DNA of 64,000 nucleotides from the NCBI GenBank assembly GCA_965153455.1, contig OZ234493.1, positions 1,054,001 to 1,118,000 of the forward strand. Reading direction: 5' to 3'. This document shows, piece after piece, positions 51,061-61,892 of this stretch. The notes beneath the pieces are model-generated. The model did no database searches. It worked only from the letters and a program-made list of their open reading frames with translations, and was not told the DNA's origin. The stretch is from Sphagnum compactum (lineage: Eukaryota). The position numbers were made by a program, and so were the translations under genes. Numbering within the stretch: position 1 is the stretch's first letter; each line of letters starts with the position of its first letter.

Positions 51061-54000
51061 CTAAGCCAACATCTTCTGCCATAGTGATTTCATTGTTCTG
51101 ATCTCTTCAGCTCTTTTAGAATGTCTTGCCGTCCATTCCTCCATCTTTTCACGTTCCTCCCAAACCATGTTTGCCCTCTCCCAATCCCACACATCCCTCC
51201 ATGGGACCTCATTATCTCTAGGTCGATAATCCTTTTGCATTTCCTGCAGCAAAAGCATACATCCCATACCTGTCTGCTGAAATCCTAGTTCTCTTTCACA
51301 CTGAAGATTGGAATTGAAAAGACGTCCTCTCTCCACAGGGGTGATGCAAACAACCATTGATATTTGTAACTGGAGACATTTCCAACACAGTCAAAGGTAG
51401 GAAAGAGCAAGCTGTAAATTAGTGAACATCATCTGAAACGAGATCATGTGAGGAATGGGAAGATAATGCCTTCAGTTCAGTTGTATGAAGCTGAGTTATC
51501 TGAGCATGACAAAGAGTGACAACTTCACTGCATCTCATACCTACCTGGATTCCAATCCTGTGGGGCCGATGTGATCTTTTCCCAAACTGCTGAGGAGCTC
51601 TGCTGCCATATCTGTCTTGGCCTTTGTCGTGAAACTTTTGAACAGGAAGACCCTGACAATTGTAGTGGCAAGCATGAAACTAGTTACCACAAGATCCAAT
51701 TTCATTGGGCATTTGGTCACTCCAGGACAAGGCATCAATAATCTATTCTCCAATCTCATGAGTTGGTGACCATTACCTCATGTACAATTTTCATGAACTG
51801 TTTCCATAGTGGAGCTGCATGTGAAGATCCTGTTGCTGTAAACACCCAAAAAAGGTATCATGGAAGGGAAGAGGATGAACAACTGTCCACCCATTCTCAA
51901 AATAAAACCAGCACTACTATACTGCAGTTAATTCAAAGTTTGTCTGATGGTCTTGGAGCCTTCTTGAAAGTAACATTTGTTTTGGAAACCACATGAAGAG
52001 TTACGAACCTGGATAGAGGCCTCCTAGAGGAGAGTTGTCATCATATCCAAGCCAGACCTTATAATGAAAAACAAAGCACCATTCAAAGATGTGCACACAA
52101 TTTCAAACATCTCGTCTCTCAAATGGCAAGATAGAACCAGAATCCATAAGTCAAATGTGCTAGATTGCCTAAGCGAATGATGGCCACATACCACACATGA
52201 AAGTTCTGGTGTAAACCCTGCAAACCACACGTCACGGTGGCCATCTGAAGTTCCTGTCTTCCCTGCACATGGCCGACCAATTCGAGCAGCTTTTCCAGTG
52301 CCACGGTCCACCACAGCCTAGCATTCAGTAAAATGCAAACCTCCTGTCAATAGTAGAAACAAGAGGAGACGGATGTCCAGAAAGGAGAAAAGAAAGTTAA
52401 GAACCATATGCCAACTAGTGGAGCAGCACCAGCAGTTTCAACTGAAGAGCAAGAGAAAGAAGACCTGCAAAAGGGTGCGAAGCTCAGCAATTGCATACTC
52501 ATCCACCACTGCACTATGGCATTCCATTGATGTTGACTGCAACATTGAGAAGACCAGATTCATGCCCCAAATGATGTTAGATGTGCAAGGGCTAAGGAAT
52601 GTAGAGAGCAAACGAACTGCAGATGTGCAGGCGCATTCCTGGTGACAAAACCTTAAGTTGATGACCACTCTCCACAAAGATGGAAACTATAAGCAAAAAT
52701 TCCAACATCTGATGGAAGCTCGCCCAAAACACCTTATGCAAGGACTAGCAAAGAGCAGAAACTGGAGACCTGAACTTCAGTTCCAATCACAGATCTACAA
52801 GCATTCACATAAGACAAATTCTGATGGAATAAGTTGCCCTCTGCACAAAAGCACATAGTAGAGAGAAAGATGCACCCACCTTCACCTCCTCCAGAACACG
52901 ACCATCATGCGCATTGATGCGTGTTATCAAGTATGGTTTGTGGTAAACCCCCCCTGATGCTATTGTCGAATAGACAGTAGCCAACTGCAATGGTGTGACC
53001 TGCCATGGTCCAACAATACACTAGTACTATGAACTCATCACTGATGCTTCATTCAACATGATAAGCACAACCTATGGGCCTCAGATTTCAGTTTCCTACA
53101 AAGTTGCATGTTTGAACTGTCCAGCGTATTACCAGAACAATTATGTGACTGCTTCTAAGTGCTCTAGACTGAAACCAAAGTAATGTTTCACACCTCACAA
53201 CCTCCAAGTGACAGAGAGAGTTCATATGGTAGACTTGTCTCAATTCCCAGAGCTTTGCCCATGCTGCAGACCTGCTTAGGCAACCCAAGAACATACACAC
53301 ACAAGATGAACTAGATTTACAGCATAACTAAGATGTTTGACCTTGTTCCAGGGAATCTGCAACAATCACTAAGATGGATAATGGAGCTTTGTAAAGTACC
53401 ACTATCTTAACATTAGTGATGTAGAAATCAAATTCTTGTTCCACCAGTTTGGTTCCTTTTCTATATGTCAACTAAATTGTATGGATCATTGTGAAACATA
53501 TGTACCAAAAATATTTTCAGCAGAAGCTAACTCTGAGAGCTAATCTAGCCAAAATGTTAGAGAATTGTCCTGCACTTCAGTGAAAAAGTGTCTGGGTACC
53601 TTGTCCACTCCTATTTCAGCACACAGCTTCACGGTTGGGACATTTAGGGACTTCAGTAGTGCTTCCTCTAATGTCACCTGCCACCAGCAACAACCATCAG
53701 AGTTCTGACATTCTTCTAAGCTCTCAACCTTGGAAAGTTCTTGGACCCATTTGTATCATCTAAAACTTCCAGCCACATGTGCCCTCCCCCCACACACACA
53801 CACCGCAGGAAATAGCAATTGGTTGGATAGATTACTGTGGCCAACAATGGCTTTTCACCACAGTTATTGTTTTCCCTGGAAAGTTCCCACAGAAGTATCA
53901 GTGCCTAATAGATGGTAGGCAATGGTGGTAGAAGGTTCTCACAGGAACTACAACAGTGTCCAATTTCAGCTTCCATATATGGAGGGTAAACAAACTGGAG

Positions 54001-57000
54001 GTTTTTGGAGGATCTCACCTGCCCTCTAAACTTCCGATCATAATTCTCAGGAGTGAAGCCACCAATGGAGTATGGTTCATCAATGATAACATGGTCTCGC
54101 TCACTATGAAATCACAGCAACAATTTTTACAGAAAGTTACGCCCAGTAGTAGTCCTGCAGCTTAAGTGGCCATTGATGGAAAACCCAAATCTGGAAATTA
54201 TCCTAGATCTTGGTCCTATCAAGCAACTACTTTTTCCAGGTTCAAGCATACATGCTACTGATCCTGTAGCCATAATATCCCATTAAAGGCATTCTTCTCA
54301 AATCTGAACTGACTGCCACAAGATTCAAGACTTGCAAGCTCATTCAGGGGATTTTCTTACAGTCTCCAAATGATGTACATGTTTTCCCAGAGCAACAACA
54401 GCTCCTTACCACCCTTGTATGCTCTTTACTGAGAGAATTTTATGGTCTGAAATAACAGAAAGCTAAATCAAGTATCCAAGCAGATCTTACATTCCTTCCG
54501 CCAAAGCTGCCAGATAGACAACCGGCTTGAAAGTGGACCCAGGAGGACGAAATGCCTACAGCAAAGACCACAATATGGTACCTTGTTCACAACTGTAAAC
54601 ACAGCCCTGACCTACCACTGATGCACACTTCAACCTACTCTATCTTTTGCAGCAGTAGACTATAGCAACATCAGTCAATCTCAGCCCACTTTAATCAACC
54701 TCTTTCAAAATGTCTCACAACAGCAATGGTTACACTATAATTTATGGGAATGAACTTGAGCTGTAGCCAACAACAAAGAGAATCAAAAAGAGGAATCTGC
54801 ACCTGGGTACTGCGGTTGAAGTTACTCTCGTAGTAGTCACGCCCACCTACAAGAGCCCTGACAGCACCAGTCATGGGATCAATAGCCACCATTGCTCCTT
54901 CCATCCTGAATTCACAAGCAGGCATCACAGAACAAAACAACTTTGTCAAATCATGTGGAGTACAGAGCAAGTGCACAACAACAACCAAGCATATGCCTTG
55001 CTTGATCAACGCTGACAACCTAATGTAAACTTCCTAACTGTGTGGTGAGATGGATTTGACAACGTGCTGGTGTAATCTCTGAACAAGACATTAATTGTAC
55101 CTTGAATCTGCAGCCTTCTTCACTTCCTCTTCATGGTCATGTAGTGTAGCTAGCAAAACTTTTTCCCTGCAATGCTCAGACAAAACAGACAGACAGACTG
55201 CTTATGCAAAAAGCTGTCTTGATGCAGGATCCACCAATATCCACAGGACTTTGCAGTACTTCTTGTCCTGTAGTAATGTCCACTACACTACTGTAAAGGA
55301 ATAGAAGGAGAAAAAAGATGTTTCATGCTAAGCTCTGCAAAGGAAGCACATCTGAGAACCTCTTCACCTGGTGCCACCAACAGTAATGCAGCACTTCTGT
55401 CTTGGGAGATCACCCATCCCAAAGATTATTATCAGCCTAGGGTGCTTATCTTAGAGGTTTGGATGGGATCTGACATGCCTGCCCTTTGCTGGGCTGCACC
55501 TCCATGAAGCATACAAGCATCACATTTGGGCTTTCTCATTCATATTGACACACAAATTCAATGAAAGAACAGCTTTAAAACCCAAACTTGAGTTACTTGG
55601 CAGAAAACTCACGTTGCATCAAACCTCTCAGCAATGGCAGCAGCTGCTTTACTTGCAGCAGAGGACATTGCCAATTCCATTGTGTCCCCACTGCAACATG
55701 GCACAGCATTGCTGCTTGAGATACAAACCAGAAAGAGGAAGAAAGCTAGCTTCTGACAGAAATAGCTCAAGAGCTTATGCTTATGCTCATTACTTTTAGC
55801 AATACATATAGAACTTGGAAGTACTTCTAGTGCTAAGTCTCATAGGAAGTGTACATGTCTGAGTTATAATCGAAACCAAAGCTCTCACCTTTTGTCTTTT
55901 ATCATCTCTGTGCCCTTGCTATCTCCCCGCATAGAATACTTTGTGGCCTGTTCTTGTACCCTGCAACAGCTCATGGCCCAATTCAACTGATTATTCTCTA
56001 ACACCTGAGGACTGGTAAACCCACTCTTAAATTCAAGCAGGTGCAAATGAATATAATGCTCTGCTGTGATACTTTGTTAATCCCAGTGTAACAAATTGAA
56101 GATTTATTGAAGGGCTACCTTGTGGCAGCAACAAGAGATGCCTGTTCAATCTTATGCTGTTGAGCATGCTCAAGAATACCCAAAGCCTCAACACATCTTT
56201 CAATTGCTTTCTCAGCAAGAACTATTCTCTCATTGTCATACTCCATGGCCCCATCATGAACCACCTTCTCAGCCACATCTTGCATTGCTAGGTCCAATGT
56301 TGTGTGCACCTACAAGAACACCGAATGGACAACTCCTGGTCTATTGAAAAGGAAATAGATGTTTCAAAGGCCAACAATTTTCAGTGATGGACATATGGTG
56401 AGGAGCTTGAAATAGGGATGGTGTACTCATGTCAGACATTGCAGACAAAACTCCACAAATGACACTTTGAAAGTACCCATTGTGCCAGTTCCAGCAAAAC
56501 CAAAACTGACACAACAGAATGAGTGCAAGGCACAACCTTATGAGTGTCACTCACAAAGTATCACCTTCATCATGAATAGCAGTGACTAGCTGCCATCACC
56601 CTCCACTAGCATTATCAGCTCTCAACAGTGGGTGTTAAAAGTATCAATAATCTGTACAAAATTTCAGGCAAACAATTATACCAAAATCTGCTTCCTGAGT
56701 TTCTGTCACATTCATAGAGCAACAGGAGGACTCAGTCATGATGTTGACTAGCACTTGAGAGATAATGCCAATAAAAAAATTCAATAGTATCCTCATCTAA
56801 CCTGCAGGAGGCCTGTGAGAATACACTTCATTCCAGCTTGCCCTTGTGCAAGAAAGCATCCAATCCTAAGGCACAGAGAGGACTACATGAAGTATTGTTC
56901 ATTGTAAGGAGGAAACACTTGGAGCATACATGGCTAACATGTCATAGGACTGATACCTGCAGTCCTCCTAGAAGGACCTCATCTCTTCCATATTTGTTAT

Positions 57001-59716
57001 ACAGCTCATAAAGCACCTGCCATGACCACTTTCTTGGGATGAGCCGTCTCTGATTTAAGTCCTGATGGTATGAATTTGAGAAGGCTCTCAGAAGAGGTTG
57101 GGTCACAAGGCCAAGACAACTGTACAATGGTTGATCTCAGGACTACACAGCAGTGTACTCTACCAAATTGAAGAAACTCTAGAATTTCACCCCTCAAAGT
57201 GAACAGGAGAGTCATAATGTAAGCCTCAGGAAGTAAACCAACCTCACTGACAAAGTATGGAGCACGCCATGGCCCAGAAGTTCCATCACTCTCTATGCCA
57301 AGAGCCAGGGGCTCATTAACAGCAGCAGCAGCAGTGGCAGTATCGAGAAAACCTGCCTCAACCATACGACGCAAGGTCCTTGCTTGTGCTTTCTTGCCTC
57401 TGCAGTATGTTGGCCCCAACCACTCTATCTATATTATATCCCTATAATCCACATTACTATGGCATTGCAAGTTTTGAATTTGATTACTATTAGTGTTAAG
57501 TCCATTTGTAGCTCAGCTGTGTTGATCATCTTCTTTGGAAGTTTTTAACCCTCATACAGAAGCTCCCTGCTGAAAAGGTTTCAAGAAATCCACAAACAAA
57601 GAGGTCAGGCAGATCATGATTCACTGCAGATCTGCAGCAAAATCTCATGGCACATCTCCCTGCAGAACCAAGGTCAAGAAAGAACAGAAGAGACCTGCTG
57701 GGTTCCCGGTAAGGAGAAAGAAGTTCAGGAGCAGGAATGATGCCTGCAAGCATTGCACATTCCCCCAAGGTTAACAGGGACAGATGCTTGCCAAAATACA
57801 GAGCAGCAGCTGCCTCTAGTCCATAGACACCATGTCCCCAGTATATCTGGAACAACAAAAGACACAACACCAGATGCCACATATTAAGGACTCCATGTGC
57901 TCCCACCATTAGGTGAGCTTAGTTTTGTCAAGGGACATATTGATTCAGGGGGTCTAGCTCCCAAAGACATCAGTGCCCACTGCTCTCACATCTCCAAAAA
58001 ATGAGCTTTGCAGATCACAAATTAACAAACCAACATATGCTACAAGGACAGGCCTTATCCACAACAGGATGACAAAGCAACGTTTTGGGGGGTTTCCAAG
58101 CTCATACATGCATTTGAACTGCATTGGCACTCTCTGTAACTTGGAAGGGACAGCCTTAACTTGCAAAGGACTCCTGCTTCCTAAGACACTAAGTTCTGCA
58201 GGGACCCTATTAGGTGTGATAATATGCAAGACCCTGGGCCCTACCCTAAGCAAACCTCCAAAATTCATAAGTGATCTTTACATGCATGAAAAGGAGTTAG
58301 GATTAACATGATTACAGGGGTCAAAATGTACTTCCAGAACTGTGAAATGTTGAAAACAAAGAAACTCGCCACTTCAATTGAATTGGAGTCTTGAGTGAAT
58401 AGCACATCCGGATATGCTCCCACAAAATACCTTCTTCAAGTACAAATGGAGAATATCCCATTTTGACAATTGCTTCTCCAGTACCAAAGACAATATGATT
58501 TCCATGAATTTCCTGGTCCATGTGCGGTCATTTGTGAGGAAAACGTTTTTCACCAGCTGTAGCCACAACCCAGATCCAAAAATCAATTTAGATCAATGAC
58601 CAACACAGGGAGATTTGCAATAGAAAATGGAATCTAGAGCAAGTACCTTGCATTTTAATTACATGCATATGGATGATGATCCTTAACCTGTTGCGTGATT
58701 GTGCTTCCACCTCCACTCGTTGCAAGAGACAAAATGGCTCTTGTTAGTCCTGAGGGGTCAACTCCATGATGCTCAAAGAAATGCCGATCTTCTGCAGCAA
58801 CAACAGCCTGCCACATTGCTGAGGGAATGTCACTAGGTTCAACAGCGGCTTGCCCAAGTCCCTTTGTCTTCACTGGATCACGCTTCCCACTGTACCCTCC
58901 AGCTACAACTGTTGCAATAACTACTCCATGACAATCATATATTACAGTTTCTGGTTGAGGCTCCAGAAATGGTTTAGGCTCATGCACTGGCTGGTCATGT
59001 AGTAACTTCCTCCATCGATCAAGAAAGTCAGGAGGCAAGGAACTCAGTAAAGCCCTTGTGAAGTATCCTGCACCTCCAAAGAAAACAGCCAAGGCTAGAG
59101 GTCGCATGGAAAGCTTCAACGCAGACATCAGTCCGTTGTTGTCACAGTCTGCTGCAGATTTTGCCGCCATATGTGTGCAAGGATGCCAACATGTGGCTCC
59201 ATTCTTCCCAGAAGGCCTTACTTCTTCTCCACCTACCACTTCACCCATTCCTATGAGGTTTTCAGCGTCTCTTGCAAGTGGGTGGTACTTCAAATCTAAA
59301 GCTCGTCGAACTGCAGATTCTAGCCGAGCACCCCACTGTCTCCATTTCAAGTGTTGTAATATCACAGCAGAAGGGTTGTAACCAGACTCAATTACATCTG
59401 GGATGAAGCTTTGGCAACATTGCCAATGTCCCGCAGTAGTATAAGGAGCTTCACCAGCAGCGGAACTCAATGTGTTCATAACAAAACTGCTCAGATCCTT
59501 GGCACAAGTAGCTGATGAAGAGGGTCCCACAAAACCACTTCTAGGCAGCACCACCAACTGCTGACCTTCATCTCGCTCGATACTCAGTGGAATGCCTGCT
59601 GCACGCTTCTGTGCTTTGCTCAGAGACTCATTATTCAAATACTTGGTGATCAAACACCTTGTTGAGACTGCCAAAAGCACTGCATTCATTCCAGGAAGAA
59701 TTCCTTGGCAGCCCAT
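51061..59716 (-). CDS. PBP: Class A (bifunctional transglycosylase/transpeptidase) penicillin-binding protein, probably plastid peptidoglycan synthase; 21 exons, about 1018 aa
   Basis: Exons (minus strand): 59716-58688, 58556-58431, 57846-57695, 57399-57243, 57016-56957, 56309-56119, 55960-55889, 55690-55613, 55166-55101, 54905-54803, 54555-54491, 54103-54019, 53677-53600, 53271-53194, 52999-52880, 52536-52465, 52317-52192, 52057-52009, 51835-51777, 51652-51545, 51243-51061 (3057 nt; all GT-AG; phases consistent). GT51 motifs [18 protein letters not shown] and RKFME. Transpeptidase motifs STFK, SLN and KTG. TM-like segment [13 protein letters not shown]. Probable 5'UTR intron at 60217-59761. 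Confidence 0.93.
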
Positions 59717-60601
59717 GGCCTTGTTCTTCTTCTCACACACAATCGTCACCAATTCGAGCACTTAACTTCACTCTTTATTATATCCACATGTCCTCCTCTT
59801 TCAATTCTCATTCTCTCTACGAAAGCCATGTCCAACAAGCTCGGGACACTGCCAGTAGTGCCAAAGGCTTTGTTTTTGCATCAGAGGAGATGGATGCATG
59901 GATTGATACATGGAATTATCGCTGCTGCTTCCTTTCTGTGTCCATCACAAAACGGCTCATGTAATAAGAAGGAAGGCAAGGCCTGCTTCGTTTCTAACAT
60001 TCTGTGTTGGCGCACACACACAAACAAAGGAGAAGAAGAAAAAGGCAGACAGACACAATGATGCCAAACCCTAAACCCTAAACCCAGTGGTTCTTCCGGT
60101 ATCAAGAACAACTTCCACCAAAAACTTCAACGACGATGCAGACAGAAGTCAAGGATGCTCTCTGTGCATTTTATGTTTTTGCTTCCAATTGAAAACGCGA
60201 AAAAGAAATTTTTTTACCTCTGTTCTTGATGATTCTCCTCTCGCCAGCTCCTTTCCTTCATCATCTTCTGTTCCCATCAATTGCGAAGGAAATCGGCAAT
60301 GGCAGTCTCAGTCTCGGGATTGCACTCTCGACGGTAGGACGGAAGCTCTCGCTCCTGCGCGCTTCGTCTTGAGCGTTCGGTCCGGTAGCTACCCGCTAAC
60401 TCGCTCTTGCCCGCCCGATCCGGGCATCAGGACGTCCACACCCGGGCGTTGGGCGAGAAAGGATCAGGAACTGCGCAGAAACACCCGGCGGTTATCATTG
60501 TTAGTTTTTTCCAGGCCCGTAATTGCGCCTCTCTCTCAAAAAAATCAAATACCCGACCCTGATATATTTAACCACCGATGGTTCCACCTAAAATGATAAC
60601 C

Positions 60602-60738
60602 ATGGGTTAGGGTTTCATTCACAACCAGCTTTCGACTGGATGGATAGGGTTTCATTCGCAACAAGCTCTCGACTGGATGGGTTCGGGTTTCATTCACAAC
60701 CAGCTTTCGACTGGATGGGTTAGGGTTTCATCCACAAC
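60602..60738. repeat. 37-38 bp minisatellite (about 3.5 copies) containing telo-box-like TTAGGGTTT
   Basis: Unit atgggttagggtttcattcacaaccagctttcgactgg repeated head-to-tail without spacers. Confidence 0.85.
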
Positions 60739-61447
60739 TATGGCATAAGAGGGTTCAAATGGATGGTGAGCCAGGGACGACTTGTTGGTTCAGTCTTTAG
60801 AGGCGCTACAGTTAACCATGGACATGGTTATATTTGCACCCAGAGACAGGAATTGACCCCAGCGGTTATCAAGGTCGTTCTCAATATTCACCATATCCAT
60901 GGGTCGCAAAACACCCAAGGCCTGGGGGTTCTTTGAACAAGTCGAGTAACCAACCATAGGAACCGCCAGTTCATTTCCGGTTCTTTCACGAAAACCGCTG
61001 CCTCTGTGTTAAGGGTTTTTGAAATAACCGGGACCAAAGGTTATTTGAGCAGGGTTTTTGGTTCCAAAGAAAAGGAACTGGCGGTTCTCAAACTCTGAAA
61101 TAAATTGACAATCTGGACCCGGTGGTTCTTTATAAATTCAATAGGTAACCCACACGAGACTGGTCTCTCCTTTCTACCATGGTAACTGTGTAAGGAGCTG
61201 GTTCAAGCAAGGCAGGTCGGGGCAGTAAAAAACAATGGGAATGGTAAAATAGGAAACAGTAATAAGTTACATGAGGAAAACAAAATTTTGGTCGCCGTGG
61301 AATGCGGGGTGTGTGTGCACTGCTTGTTTGTGATGGTCACAGACAGATTGACATCCTAAAACGAAGTCTTATCCCGAGCCCCTAGGCAGTATTAGGTTTT
61401 CTTGGCGTGCGCAGCGTGAAGCGCCGAAGCGGACTTCACACTCGATC

Positions 61448-61705
61448 CATCCAGGTCTCGACGTACAGGTCTCGAGCAGATTCTCGCACTCGCTTGCTCG
61501 TTGCATCCAGGTCTCGAGCAGATTTTCGCACTTGCTTGCTCCTTGCATCCAGGTCTCGACACTCGACCACACTTCGCGCTCTCTTCGCTCCCCGGCTGCA
61601 TCCCAGGTCTCGACCGCACCTTCGCACTCGGCCCAGGTCTCGACTCTCCGACCACAACACTTCGCCCTCGCCGCTCGCTCGCTCGCTGCCATCCAGGTCT
61701 CGAGA
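61448..61705 (+). repeat. GC-rich array of seven CAGGTCTCGA motifs with variable spacing
   Basis: AGGTCTCGA starts at 61453, 61467, 61509, 61551, 61605, 61635 and 61695. Confidence 0.85.
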
Positions 61706-61892
61706 ACAGCGGAACGAACATGTTTGCACTTCTGCTGCGGCAGAACATGCGCGCAGTGTGCGGAGAATAGACGTGAATGAGCAAAATCCCTGGTGGCCAA
61801 AAAAAAAAAAAAAATCCGGGAAGGCGGAAAAAAGAGACGCGCAAGAAGGAAGGAAGAAGAAAGAAGAAGAAGAAGAAGCGGTAAACAACATT

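Noticed and set aside
54410..54446. Possible poison exon in the PBP gene (ttatttcag|...|gtaagg)
   Set aside because: The upstream intron would be only about 44 nt, too short for typical plant splicing.
51061..59716. PBP as bacterial contamination or recent horizontal transfer
   Set aside because: It has twenty GT-AG introns and plant genes and TEs on both sides, and plastid PBPs are established in mosses.
60602..60738. 38-bp repeat as a CRISPR array
   Set aside because: The units are contiguous with no unique spacers, so this is a minisatellite.
61448..61705. CRISPR-like look of a repeated CATCCAGGTCTCGA with variable spacers
   Set aside because: The repeat is only 10-14 nt, the spacers are related to each other and of irregular length, there are no cas genes, and the context is eukaryotic.
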